A stretch of 64,000 nt of DNA from a virus (IMGVR_UViG_3300037420_002488:997-64996); one strand, 5' to 3'; shown: positions 1-9,453, counted from the first letter of the stretch. A program made the numbers and translations. The notes: generated from the sequence alone by a model not told the origin.

Positions 1-14
1 AGCACGCACCCATC

Positions 15-2249
15 GTGGAGCTGGCCGAAATGGCGCCCGCCAATGCGCCAGGCGATGAGGCACTCGGCCAGACCTCGCCAGACCAGTTGTTGACCAAGGC
101 CCGGGCCTTCGCCGAGCCTTTGCTGGCCGCGCAGCGCTTCGATACGGGCGAAGACGCGCTGGCCCATGCCGACGGCGTGAGCCTCATCCTGCAGGGCATC
201 GGCGCGCCGCCGTCCTTGCGCGCAGCCTCCTATCTTGTCTATGCCAGCGAGTACCTGACCCAGCCCGAAGACGTGGTGAGCCGCGCCTTCGGCCCCGATG
301 CCGCGAACATCGTGGCCCACACGCGCAAGCTGGTGCAAGTGCAGCGCAACGCGCGCGATGCCATGGGCGACGAGGCCGACGGCCCGCTGCCCGCAGAGCA
401 GATCGAGCGCATCCGCAAGATGCTGCTGGCCTTCTCGCGCGACCTGCGCGTGGTGTTGCTGCGCCTGGCCTCGCGCCTGCAGACGTTGCGCCACTATGCG
501 CAGAGCAAGCTGCCGTGCCCGAAGGCATTGGCCCGCGAGTCCATGCAAGTGTTCGCGCCGCTGGCCAACCGGCTGGGCATCTGGCAGATCAAGTGGGAGC
601 TGGAAGACTTGTCCTTCCGTTTCCTGATGCCCGATGCCTACCGGGACATCGCCAAGTCGCTGCACGAGAAGCGCCTCGAGCGCGAACAACACATCGAGCA
701 GGTGCGCCTGCAGTTGATGCGCGCCTTGCAGGAGGCCGGCATCAAGGCGCAGGTGCAAGGCCGCCCCAAGCATCTCTACAGCATCTGGAAGAAGATGCAG
801 GGCAAGAGTCTGTCCATCGACAAGGTGTTCGACCTGCGTGCCTTGCGCGTGATCGTCGACGACGTGCCCGCCTGCTACGCTGCGCTCAGCCGCGTCCACG
901 AAGTGTGGCAGGCCGTGCCCGACGAGTTCTCCGATTACATCGCGCGCCCCAAGCCCAACGGCTACCAGTCGCTGCATACGATCGTGCGCGACGAGCAAGG
1001 TCGCTCCATCGAGATCCAGATCCGCACACAGGCCATGCATGAGCACGCCGAAAGCGGCGTGGCGGCGCACTGGGCCTACAAGGAGGCCGGCACCAAAGGT
1101 TATGCGGGCGTGGCCGCCGCAGGCGACTTCGAGAGCCGTGTCGCCGAAGCCCGCAAGACCGTGCTGCGCCAGTTGCTGGCCTGGGAACGCGACTTGGCGG
1201 CCGCCGACGGCGAGCAGACGGGCGCTTCAAAAAGCGGCTTGTTCGACGACCGCATCTATGTGTTCACACCGGGCGGTGAAATCATCGACCTGCCAGCCGG
1301 CTCCACGCCGATCGACTTCGCGTACACGCTGCATACCAGCCTGGGTCATCGCTGCCGCGGCGCCAAGGTCGACGGCGCGATGGTGCCTTTGAACACGGCC
1401 CTGCAGAGCGGGCAGACCGTCGAGATCATCTCGATCAAGGATGGCGGCCCCTCGTTGGACTGGCTCAATGCCGACCTGGGCTATGTGCGCAGCCACCGGG
1501 CTCGCGCCAAGGTCCGCGCCTGGTTCAATGCCCTGGCGCAACAGGCCACCATCGCGCGAGGCCGCGAAGCCGTCGAGCGCCTGCTGCAACGCGAAGGCAA
1601 GACTGCCATCAAGCTCGAAGACCTGGCCACGGCGCTCGGCTTTCGCAGCGCTGACAACCTGTTCGACGTGGTCGGCAAGGACGAGTATTCGCTGCGCAAC
1701 ATCGAGCAGCATCTGCGTCCGGCCGAACCCGAGCCCGATCCGGACGAGTTCCTCGCGCACCGTCTGGCGCGAGGCGACGCCGCGGCCGGCACAGGCGACG
1801 GGCGCGGCGTGCTGGTCGTCGGCATGGATTCCTTGCTCACGCAACTGGCGCGCTGCTGCAAGCCCGCGCCGCCCGACGCCATCGGCGGCTACGTGACGCG
1901 CGGCAAGGGCGTGGCCGTGCACCGCCTCGATTGCAGCAACTTCCGCCAGATGACGGGCCGCCATGGCGAGCGCATCATCCCCGTCGCATGGGGCCGCCAG
2001 GCCACGGCCGATTCGGCTCATTACGCTGTGGACGTGCTTGTCGAGGGACATGACCGCACCGGCTTGCTGCGCGATGTGTGCGACGTGCTGGCGCAAGGCA
2101 AGACGCATGTACTGTCCATGCACAGCCAGACCGTGCGGGACCGCGTCACGATCACGCTCACTGTCCAGACCGCGGACACTGCCAAGCTCGGTGCGGTGTT
2201 GTCACGCGTGTCGCAAATCAACGGCGTTTTGCGTGCACGTCGCAAATGA
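15..2249 (+). CDS. relA: (p)ppGpp synthetase RelA (host)
   Basis: Synthetase motifs RPKHLYSIWKKM, DLRALRVIV, YQSLHT, EIQIRT, AESGVAAHWAYKE; TGS (IYVFTP..TPIDFAY), C-terminal CC/ACT region; HD hydrolase motif degenerate, as in RelA rather than SpoT. GTG start. Confidence 0.96.
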   Translation: MELAEMAPANAPGDEALGQTSPDQLLTKARAFAEPLLAAQRFDTGEDALAHADGVSLILQGIGAPPSLRAASYLVYASEYLTQPEDVVSRAFGPDAANIVAHTRKLVQVQRNARDAMGDEADGPLPAEQIERIRKMLLAFSRDLRVVLLRLASRLQTLRHYAQSKLPCPKALARESMQVFAPLANRLGIWQIKWELEDLSFRFLMPDAYRDIAKSLHEKRLEREQHIEQVRLQLMRALQEAGIKAQVQGRPKHLYSIWKKMQGKSLSIDKVFDLRALRVIVDDVPACYAALSRVHEVWQAVPDEFSDYIARPKPNGYQSLHTIVRDEQGRSIEIQIRTQAMHEHAESGVAAHWAYKEAGTKGYAGVAAAGDFESRVAEARKTVLRQLLAWERDLAAADGEQTGASKSGLFDDRIYVFTPGGEIIDLPAGSTPIDFAYTLHTSLGHRCRGAKVDGAMVPLNTALQSGQTVEIISIKDGGPSLDWLNADLGYVRSHRARAKVRAWFNALAQQATIARGREAVERLLQREGKTAIKLEDLATALGFRSADNLFDVVGKDEYSLRNIEQHLRPAEPEPDPDEFLAHRLARGDAAAGTGDGRGVLVVGMDSLLTQLARCCKPAPPDAIGGYVTRGKGVAVHRLDCSNFRQMTGRHGERIIPVAWGRQATADSAHYAVDVLVEGHDRTGLLRDVCDVLAQGKTHVLSMHSQTVRDRVTITLTVQTADTAKLGAVLSRVSQINGVLRARRK

Positions 2250-2269
2250 ACAGGAAAAGTTCGAAATCA

Positions 2270-2278
2270 TGCTATAGT
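2270..2278 (+). promoter_or_regulatory. Extended -10 promoter for the tRNA
   Basis: TGC-TATAGT ending 11 nt before the tRNA 5' end. Confidence 0.6.
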
Positions 2279-2289
2279 CATGGTCTTCC

Positions 2290-2366
2290 AGGCGCGTAGC
2301 TCAGTTGGTTAGAGCACCACCTTGACATGGTGGGGGTCGTTGGTTCGAATCCAATCGCGCCTACCA
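2290..2366 (+). tRNA. trnV: tRNA-Val (GAC)
   Basis: Cloverleaf by hand: acceptor AGGCGCG/CGCGCCT, D arm GCTC/GAGC, anticodon arm CCACC-TTGACAT-GGTGG, T arm GTTGG-TTCGAAT-CCAAT, encoded CCA. Confidence 0.98.
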
Positions 2367-2379
2367 CATTCGGTAGGTT

Positions 2380-2430
2380 AAAAAAGCCGGTAAGTCGTTG
2401 ATCCAAAACGCCTTACCGGCTTTTTGCTTT
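2380..2430. terminator. Bidirectional intrinsic terminator between tRNA and int
   Basis: AAAAAAGCCGGTAAG...CTTACCGGCTTTTT stem with A and T tracts on either side. Confidence 0.8.
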
Positions 2431-3639
2431 TCAGCCGGTCGAAGACTGGGGAACGGCCGGGGAAATATCCGCTGGTGGTAGTTGGGCCTGGGCCGATTCC
2501 ATCATCCTGCGCTGGTGGCCTTGATCATTCTCGGGAATGAACTTCGCATAGACCTCCAGCAGCACCTTCAAACTGTGCCCGGCCTGGCCGGCGATATAGG
2601 CGGGCAGCACGCCGCCTGTCAGCGCGGTGGCGCAGTAAGTGTGCCGGGTGCAGTAGGCGCGGCGCTCACGAATGCCCAGAGCCCTCAGGGTGGGCTTCCA
2701 GTAGTGGTCCCGCTGGCTGCGCTCGTCGTGCCACCTGCGGCCCACCACGGGGTTCTCGAAGATATCGACGGGCTCGCCTTCTTCGGTGCGCTTCATGAAG
2801 GTGTAGGCCTTCATCACCTGCAGAGCTGCCATGGCCTGCGGCACCAAGTCAACCAGGCGCTCGGTGTAGGTCTTGGTGTCGTCCCACTCGGAGCCGCGGA
2901 ACGTGCGCACGCGCTGGACCATGCACTGGCGCGTATTGAAGTCGATGTCTCCCCACTGCAAGGCGATGGCTTCTTCCGGCCGCATGCCGGTGTAGAACAT
3001 CCAAACGAAATATGCCCAGACGCGCGGGTCATATTGCTTGCGCATTCGCTCCAATACCTTGTCGCGCTCGGCCAAGGTAAGCGGATCTGGCTTCGGCTTT
3101 GTTGCCTTCAAATTCTTGAGGCCGTCCGTGGGCTTCTTGCCTTCCTCGTATTCGAGTTCAAACATGCCGCGCAAGGCGATGAGGTAATTGTTGTGAGTCT
3201 TGGCGGACGGCCAGGCGTATTTGCCAATCTTCGACTTCAGCACCTTGCCCGTGACTGTCGAAACTAAAGTGTCCTCGCCCAGCAAATGGCACCAGAAATT
3301 CACAGCACTTTGATACTGGGAAATGGTGGACGCTTTCTTTTGTCCCTTTGATTCAATCCAAGACTTACCCAATTCCTTCAGGGTCGGGTTTTTCTTGACG
3401 GCGTTGATGGCTGCCGCACGCTTGGAATCAGGGAAGTATTCGTTGTATTCGAAGATTCCGTGGCGGATCTTCGATCGAATCTCGGTTGCGACCCGCCGGG
3501 CATATTTGACGTTAGCCGGGGTGGGCGGCACAGGCTTGCCGTCGAGCTTCAGTGTCTCTTTGCAAGGCTCGCCTTGAAATCGAAAATGAATGCGAATCGA
3601 GTTATCACGAATCTCTACGCCGTCTCGCTCTGCACCCAT
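2431..3639 (-). CDS. int: Tyrosine integrase with N-terminal arm-binding domain
   Basis: TGMRPEE (R), YCTRHTY, AGQAGHS (H), VYAKF (Y); ends at the terminator beside the tRNA. Confidence 0.95.
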   Translation of the reverse strand: MGAERDGVEIRDNSIRIHFRFQGEPCKETLKLDGKPVPPTPANVKYARRVATEIRSKIRHGIFEYNEYFPDSKRAAAINAVKKNPTLKELGKSWIESKGQKKASTISQYQSAVNFWCHLLGEDTLVSTVTGKVLKSKIGKYAWPSAKTHNNYLIALRGMFELEYEEGKKPTDGLKNLKATKPKPDPLTLAERDKVLERMRKQYDPRVWAYFVWMFYTGMRPEEAIALQWGDIDFNTRQCMVQRVRTFRGSEWDDTKTYTERLVDLVPQAMAALQVMKAYTFMKRTEEGEPVDIFENPVVGRRWHDERSQRDHYWKPTLRALGIRERRAYCTRHTYCATALTGGVLPAYIAGQAGHSLKVLLEVYAKFIPENDQGHQRRMMESAQAQLPPADISPAVPQSSTG

Positions 3640-3815
3640 TCTTCATAGCCTTTCATGTCAACATAAACTTCGCGGCCCTTGCGCTTGTATTCGCGGCCTT
3701 CGACCCAAACCCCCGTTTTGATCTTTCCTTCGATGGCATCCACTGTGAGGCCAGTGATCGCGGCGGCCAAGGGGATGCGAACAAAGCGGGAGGACGAAAC
3801 TACAAACGTGGACAC
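3615..3815 (-). CDS. Excisionase-like protein
   Basis: 66 aa, winged-helix pattern (AAAITGLTVDAIEGKIKTGVW..VYVDM), overlaps the int start. Confidence 0.8.
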   Translation of the reverse strand: MSTFVVSSSRFVRIPLAAAITGLTVDAIEGKIKTGVWVEGREYKRKGREVYVDMKGYEEWVQSETA

Positions 3816-3883
3816 GTCACGCCCTCCAAATCGAAGTGGCCTTGAAGTAGGTCATACTGGTATTCCTATCAATGGAGGAAAGA

Positions 3884-4090
3884 ATGTCGAACGAAAGCGA
3901 ACTCACGCCGGGTCAGATCACCAAGTTGGAACGGGCAGTGGCTCTGACCGATTGGCAGTGGCAGCAGGCCAAGGCGCTTGTTCAAGCCAAGGGGGTGCCG
4001 GAGACTCCTAGCAACCTCTTGGCAATGACTCAGATCATTGCCACGAACTACCTGGCCGAATACCAGCGCTTGGCAGCGAACAAGGCTTGA
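3884..4090 (+). CDS. Small protein, opposite to the early operon
   Basis: GGAGG ending 5 nt before ATG 3884; 68 aa, helical-looking. Confidence 0.65.
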   Translation: MSNESELTPGQITKLERAVALTDWQWQQAKALVQAKGVPETPSNLLAMTQIIATNYLAEYQRLAANKA

Positions 4091-4104
4091 GGTCTGAGTC
4101 GGCA

Positions 4105-4515
4105 TCACACGCTCCCCGTTGGGCCTGAGAGTGCGAACGATCGGCGCTTGCGCGTGAACACCTCGGGCTTGCGCACCTTCCTCGCGCGCCGGTCATGGAA
4201 CAGCGATGCCTCGATCAGGATTGCCCAGGCGCCGCGAGAGTTCAGCACCACGGGCCCGACCTGGTCGTAGAACTTGCAATCTTTGCCCTGAAGTTTGAAG
4301 TAGGGCTCGGGCGACAGAATCGCTTGCACTGCGGCCACGGGCACCGCGATGTAGCTTACGCCGTCGTTCAGTTCGATGGCCTCGTCCAGCGTGTACTGGC
4401 CGCAGCGCTCGCCCACCACCGGGGTGTAGCCTCGATGGGCAACGCCCCAGAAGGTAATGTGCTCGTGGTCCCTGTGAGTGTGCTTCAAGCTGGCGATGTA
4501 GTAGATGTCAGCCAT
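4105..4515 (-). CDS. Hypothetical phage protein
   Basis: AAGGAGG RBS before ATG 4515; overlaps the upstream ORF. Confidence 0.7.
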   Translation of the reverse strand: MADIYYIASLKHTHRDHEHITFWGVAHRGYTPVVGERCGQYTLDEAIELNDGVSYIAVPVAAVQAILSPEPYFKLQGKDCKFYDQVGPVVLNSRGAWAILIEASLFHDRRARKVRKPEVFTRKRRSFALSGPTGSV

Positions 4516-4744
4516 TGCCACCTCCTTCACTGCCTGTCGGCAAGGCCGCGTCATCGAGGTAGCGCAGTTCCCACGTCGGATGGAAGCGTCCGGGTGCTTT
4601 GGCGTCGTCCAGTTTGATCAGCAGGTGCGCATTTGCCACGCCAGTGATCGTCCCCAGTTGTGGCTTGCCAGAGCCTGTGTACTCAATGCGCCCGCCGAAC
4701 TTGGCAGGCACGCCGTATTGCTGCTGGATTTGCTCGAAGCTCAT
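4508..4744 (-). CDS. Hypothetical phage protein (SH3-like beta pattern)
   Basis: ATGA overlap with the upstream ORF; MSFEQIQQQYGVPAKFGGRIEY. Confidence 0.65.
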   Translation of the reverse strand: MSFEQIQQQYGVPAKFGGRIEYTGSGKPQLGTITGVANAHLLIKLDDAKAPGRFHPTWELRYLDDAALPTGSEGGGNG

Positions 4745-5427
4745 GCCTGACCTTTCAAGGCTGCATCGACGGGGTCCGGTGGGAGCGGCGCCCAATGGGT
4801 AATGCGCGGCTGGTTGTGCCGGTTGAATCTTCCCCAATCACCCATGAACCAATGGGCTCGGTGCTTGGTTGCGAACAGCAAAATCTCCTCACCCTTGGGA
4901 GCCGTCGCAATCGGCCGCCCGACCGTCTCCGCGGCCTGCAGGCGGTTGAACATGTCTTCGGCCGTCTGGTAGGCGTCGCGGGCCTCTTGCTCCCAGGTGA
5001 CGGGCCAGAGCGGCCCGCAGCCGTTGGGGCAAGGCTCGGTCTTGCTGTCGCCAGCAGTGACGGTGCCGCTGCCCATGTTCAGGGTGTTGCGGATGAGCTT
5101 GAACTTGCAGCGAGCGCAGTGCATGACGCCAGGCGCCAGGATCTTGGCGGCTTCGAGCTTGGCTGTCAGCTCTACGACCTTGTCGCCGTAGGCGCTGGCG
5201 TACTGCTGGGCCTCGCGTGTGGCCTTGTGCATGAACTCGCAGCGCTCGTTCGCCTGCCCAAGCTGAGCGGCCAGAGATGCTGCCTGTGCTTGGCCTGTGC
5301 GAAGTAGGGTGGCGGCATTTCGAAGCGTGCTGCGATGCACCGGCACCATCTCGTTTTGGTGTTGCTCGGCGTCCAGGGCCCAGGCGTCGAAGTCGGTCGC
5401 CATCTTTTCAGTGTTGGTTGTCGTCAT
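4741..5427 (-). CDS. Phage protein with C-terminal DUF551-like motif
   Basis: RPIATAPKGEEILL...ITHWAPLPPDP; coupled on both sides. Confidence 0.7.
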   Translation of the reverse strand: MTTTNTEKMATDFDAWALDAEQHQNEMVPVHRSTLRNAATLLRTGQAQAASLAAQLGQANERCEFMHKATREAQQYASAYGDKVVELTAKLEAAKILAPGVMHCARCKFKLIRNTLNMGSGTVTAGDSKTEPCPNGCGPLWPVTWEQEARDAYQTAEDMFNRLQAAETVGRPIATAPKGEEILLFATKHRAHWFMGDWGRFNRHNQPRITHWAPLPPDPVDAALKGQA

Positions 5428-6125
5428 GCTTCTTGTCGCTCCATGTGTTCACGGCAACGGGATTGGTCAACGTGGTAGGGCCAGTGGTTGTCGACGCGCA
5501 CGGCGGGCTGGCTGCACTTGGCGCACAATTCGATGAGGCGGTTTTGGCGGCGGGCGTCTTCCAGCAGCATCAGGTCGAGGGCGTCCATAGCAGCATTGGC
5601 GGCGTAGCACTCATCGGGCAGCACGACGCGAAAGCCCGAGCGCACGCGCGGCGCGCCGTAGTAGTCGCCGCGGGCCAGCGCCGCGACGGCGTCGGTCAGG
5701 ATGGACAGCGCCAGCGCGTCATCGGGCCGATCGAATGAGCCCACGAACGCGGCGATGCGCGGGCCCTTGTCCTCGGTCCAGTGCTCGAAGTGGTCGTTCA
5801 TCCGCACCACCGTGCCGGGCTGCAGCTCGACCGACAGCAAGTCGTCGTGCGCAAGATCGGGCCAGAGGTGGACCCAAGACGTGCCCTCGTTCAGGCACGC
5901 CAGGTAGACGAAGCCGGTCTTGTCAACGTGGCTGTCCACGTTAGGCATCCAGCCGTAGAGCTCGCAAGCCCTCGTGTTCTCGGTGCCTACGACCTGGCGC
6001 TGGACATCGTCGTTCTTCTCCAGCAGCATGGCGTTGGCCATGGCCTCACGGGCGAACCTGTGGTCGAGCACTGATGATGGGATGGCCAATTGACCAATCA
6101 CCTGCAGGTATTGGGGCGCGGTCAT
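5424..6125 (-). CDS. Putative 2OG-Fe(II) dioxygenase with Cys/His-rich C-terminus
   Basis: H66-V-D, distal H115, R123 with beta-strand spacing typical of the DSBH fold; CAKC...CREH tail. Confidence 0.55.
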   Translation of the reverse strand: MTAPQYLQVIGQLAIPSSVLDHRFAREAMANAMLLEKNDDVQRQVVGTENTRACELYGWMPNVDSHVDKTGFVYLACLNEGTSWVHLWPDLAHDDLLSVELQPGTVVRMNDHFEHWTEDKGPRIAAFVGSFDRPDDALALSILTDAVAALARGDYYGAPRVRSGFRVVLPDECYAANAAMDALDLMLLEDARRQNRLIELCAKCSQPAVRVDNHWPYHVDQSRCREHMERQEA

Positions 6126-6379
6126 TTGTGGTCGCTCCCGCAGCCAGGGCCGCCATTGCAATCGAAGCCTTGTCCGCAGACGGCAGGCATGGCCTGAATG
6201 CTCGATACGCAGCGCACACAAAGGTGGCGTTCGACCTCGCGGGCCGGCTTGACCAACCAGCCGGATGGCTTCGGCCAGTCTTGCCAGTAGATGCCGACAG
6301 CGCGCCGTCCGCTGGACATGTGCTCAAGCGAAAGCACATCGCGGCAAAGGTCGCAGCGGTAGGTGCGGTCAACCGCCAT
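6122..6379 (-). CDS. Small Cys-rich (CxxC) phage protein
   Basis: CDLC and CVRC pairs; coupled to the downstream ORF. Confidence 0.65.
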   Translation of the reverse strand: MAVDRTYRCDLCRDVLSLEHMSSGRRAVGIYWQDWPKPSGWLVKPAREVERHLCVRCVSSIQAMPAVCGQGFDCNGGPGCGSDHK

Positions 6380-6953
6380 CGACCACCTCCGCCGTTGTGA
6401 TGTGGGCCGCCAGGTTCAGCGCGAACTTGCCAGGAGACCACGACAGGACGATCCCGTGCACGGCCTTGTTGAAGGCGTCCATTGCTTGAAGCACTGCATT
6501 TGGCGGTTCATCGACATCCTCGGCGAGTTCGTCGCTGCAATATTCGTGATCAAGTGGGCGGACGTAGTTGGGCGTGCAGATCACCAGTTGAAGGGCGTCA
6601 GCGTTTTGGCCTTCTTCCAGGTAGTCGAGGGCGTCGGCCGGATCATTGAAATACTGATCCCTGGTCTGCGAATAGATCATGGCCTTGCCATCCCAGTCAG
6701 CGCGAGGCATCGCCAGGAAACGCTCGTGGTCCTTCACCGAACAGCAAGGGTCACAGAGCGTCCAGCTCTTGCTGGCGATGCCGTTGCATCGCTGGCAGTA
6801 GCTGCGGGTGCTTCCTGCGTATCGAGCGATGTGCTCGCTGTCCGGCTTGTCGCCATAGAAGAAGCCATCTCGACTTACCCAGCCTTTGATGTCGGTACGG
6901 TAGGAGGCAGCCTCGGGGCTGTCAGGCATGATGATCGGTTCAGAGGTCTTCAT
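6369..6953 (-). CDS. Hypothetical phage protein
   Basis: ATGA coupling at 6950-6953; KGWVSRDG, CQRC/CDPC. Confidence 0.75.
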   Translation of the reverse strand: MKTSEPIIMPDSPEAASYRTDIKGWVSRDGFFYGDKPDSEHIARYAGSTRSYCQRCNGIASKSWTLCDPCCSVKDHERFLAMPRADWDGKAMIYSQTRDQYFNDPADALDYLEEGQNADALQLVICTPNYVRPLDHEYCSDELAEDVDEPPNAVLQAMDAFNKAVHGIVLSWSPGKFALNLAAHITTAEVVDGG

Positions 6954-8566
6954 GCGGCGCCGCCCTCCTGAGTCTTCGGGGCTCCGCGCTGCGCCCACCA
7001 ATCGCGTGATGGGCACTCGGCGTTGTCGGCTTCCATGGCGACCATGAGAGCGATCAAGGCCGCACGGGTTCTGGGCGACTTGCCGCCACCGTTGACGCCG
7101 TTGCAAAACTCAACGCTGGCGCCGCCATCGGTATCCCAAAGGCTGACGTACACGTCGTTGTCGCTGTCCAGGCCCACCCGTATATGCCCGGTGGGGCTCA
7201 TGTCGCCGAGGCGGCCAACATCACGCGCCTTGGGCCAAGCGATGGTCACCTCGTTAAGCGGCATGTGCTTGCCGTCCACCAGGACGCCAGTGCCGTACAG
7301 AGTGGCATCCCTCAGGGCCTTCTCTTGCTCTTTGGTCGGCTCGATGTGGGCGTGCGATAGGGCCTGGGGCGAGGTGTACACGTCGCCGCGCCCAGTGTCA
7401 TCGGTGATTGGCGTGTCGGCGCAGAGCAGAATGGAACCAGCGGGCAAAGCATAGATGCCGCCCTCGATCAGCCAGTCCAATGTGGGTTCGTCCGAACCGT
7501 CATCGTGGTCAATGCGCCCGACTTCCGCCACAGCTTCGACATGGATTGCCTTCGCCAAGGACGTGGCGGGTTTGCCGTCAAGCACTGCTTGCAGAGCCGG
7601 GGCCCACTTCGGGTCAACGCTCCACTGGTCGCCTGCTGCTGATTTGACGGTCACGTTGTCGGGATGCTGCGTTGCTGGTCTGGCTTCCAGTGCGGCGATC
7701 GCCGCCAGATTGGTTGCCTCCAGGTCGCTGCCCGGGTAGCCGTCGTGGTCGTCGTGATCCTGGTGGTGCTGGTGGTTCTCGCGCAGCGCCGCAAGGGCTT
7801 GGTCTGCCACTGACTGGGCAGGCACGACCGCAGCATGATCGGCGCTACCACACACGGTGCACGCACCATCTTCGTCCACTGACCACGATGGATGTACGCA
7901 CGAGCGCACCTGATCAAGGGACAGCACTGCCAAGCCATCAGGAAGGCCGTAGCCAGTCTGAACGTGTGTGACCACGCGGCGGCACACACGGCCGGTGTAC
8001 TCCAGCGGCATGCCTTCGCGCATGGCTTGGCCGGCGTGCCGGGTCTCGCGCAGCACCAAGCCGTCGCCGACCTGGAAGTCGCGGTCGTTGGCGCGGATCT
8101 CGTTCGTCTTGCGCCCGTCCATGACCGCGGCGAACACGTCCGGGTCGCTCTTGAGGTCGTGCCAGCGGGTGGGCTCGGGTTTGCGGGCCGCCTGGGCCCG
8201 ACTGGCTATGATCTGGACGAAGTAGCGATCCAGCCATTGCGCGAGCCTGTCCATCATGATCTTGGGGCCGTAGGCCACTTCCTCGGGCCCATCACCGTGG
8301 TGGGTGATGGTCAGCGGCACCCAGCCCACGGGCATGCGGGCCGACTGAAAGCGCGCGTCTTCAAGGGCAATCTTGCGGGTGCCAATGAGGAAGTGCACCG
8401 CTTCGGCCATGCGGGTTTCGCCCTTGTCCATCAAGCTGGTGTAGATCCACTCGAATGCCGCGCCTTCTTCGGGCGCGCCAATGAGTACAGGCTGCGGCGA
8501 GGCGGCAGAGAAACTGCCGTCAGGACGGCCAACATAGTAGGTTGGCACCATTGGTGTGGTGTTCAT
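6950..8566 (-). CDS. Mosaic phage protein with internal ASCH/DUF3850-like domain
   Basis: HDLKSDPDVFAAVMDGRKTNEIRANDRDFQVGDGLVLRE; 538 aa. Confidence 0.75.
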   Translation of the reverse strand: MNTTPMVPTYYVGRPDGSFSAASPQPVLIGAPEEGAAFEWIYTSLMDKGETRMAEAVHFLIGTRKIALEDARFQSARMPVGWVPLTITHHGDGPEEVAYGPKIMMDRLAQWLDRYFVQIIASRAQAARKPEPTRWHDLKSDPDVFAAVMDGRKTNEIRANDRDFQVGDGLVLRETRHAGQAMREGMPLEYTGRVCRRVVTHVQTGYGLPDGLAVLSLDQVRSCVHPSWSVDEDGACTVCGSADHAAVVPAQSVADQALAALRENHQHHQDHDDHDGYPGSDLEATNLAAIAALEARPATQHPDNVTVKSAAGDQWSVDPKWAPALQAVLDGKPATSLAKAIHVEAVAEVGRIDHDDGSDEPTLDWLIEGGIYALPAGSILLCADTPITDDTGRGDVYTSPQALSHAHIEPTKEQEKALRDATLYGTGVLVDGKHMPLNEVTIAWPKARDVGRLGDMSPTGHIRVGLDSDNDVYVSLWDTDGGASVEFCNGVNGGGKSPRTRAALIALMVAMEADNAECPSRDWWAQRGAPKTQEGGAA

Positions 8567-9453
8567 TGGGGCACCGCCTCTTCAGCAATGGCATGCGTCT
8601 CTTCGCTGCCGCGCCAGTCACGGGCCTGGCCTGCCTGCGTCAACTGCTCGGCGGACAGGCGCTGTGCGCGGCCCATGCCCAGCACGCGGCGTGCTGGCTG
8701 GCCGATCTCCGAATTGAAGCCCTGGTGGTGGTACAGGATCCAGAGCAAGACGGTCGTCATCTCGCCCAGTTGCCACACCTGCTGCCAGTAGGTGGCTTCC
8801 ATGCGGTCGATCAGTGACAGCGTCGAGTCGTCGCCATCGACATCGAGAAGTGCTGCCAGCTTGTCGTTTTCCCAATGGGTGCCATAGTCGCCCGTGTCGG
8901 CAATGGCGTGGCTCCCCATGAAGTTGTCGGGGAAAGACTCGGCATCCTCGCCCAGCAAGATGGCCAGGGCCTCGGCCCGCCCGGCGCGGCGCGCGCTGCT
9001 GGTCGACTTGCGAGCAAAGTCCAGTGCGATGCGCAGGTCCAGAGGCTTGGCCGTGGCCGGCACAGCCGCTTCGGGATCGACTTGGATGTCGCGGACCCAG
9101 GTTGCATCGGCAATGGCCTCGCGCAAGGCATCCATCAGGGGCTGCTCTTCGCGCGTCATGCCGATGTGGTCAAGCTGTGCCAGCAGCGCGCTCCCGGCCT
9201 CGGCCATCACGTAGTTGTGGCGCTTGGCCACTGCCAGTTTCTTCTTCAGATGCTCGGCCGTCACTTCGGCGGGGCGCTTGGGCAAGTCGATGTCGTGCGG
9301 CGCGGCGAACTCTTCGCCGGCCAGCGCGCGGCGGGCACGCTCTTCAATCCAGCGGATGCGGCGGGTGCGGGTGTGGCTGGCGCGCGCGGTCTTGACGATG
9401 TGGTCGAGAGCGTTGCGCAGGCGGTCGATTTCGGATTCAGTGCCTGTTGTCAT
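8563..9453 (-). CDS. Hypothetical phage protein
   Basis: 296 aa, coupled to neighbours, strong GC3 bias. Confidence 0.75.
   Translation of the reverse strand: MTTGTESEIDRLRNALDHIVKTARASHTRTRRIRWIEERARRALAGEEFAAPHDIDLPKRPAEVTAEHLKKKLAVAKRHNYVMAEAGSALLAQLDHIGMTREEQPLMDALREAIADATWVRDIQVDPEAAVPATAKPLDLRIALDFARKSTSSARRAGRAEALAILLGEDAESFPDNFMGSHAIADTGDYGTHWENDKLAALLDVDGDDSTLSLIDRMEATYWQQVWQLGEMTTVLLWILYHHQGFNSEIGQPARRVLGMGRAQRLSAEQLTQAGQARDWRGSEETHAIAEEAVPQ

Noticed and set aside
184-2299. Alternative-frame ORFs over relA
   Set aside because: R/A/P/C-rich shadows of a conserved gene.
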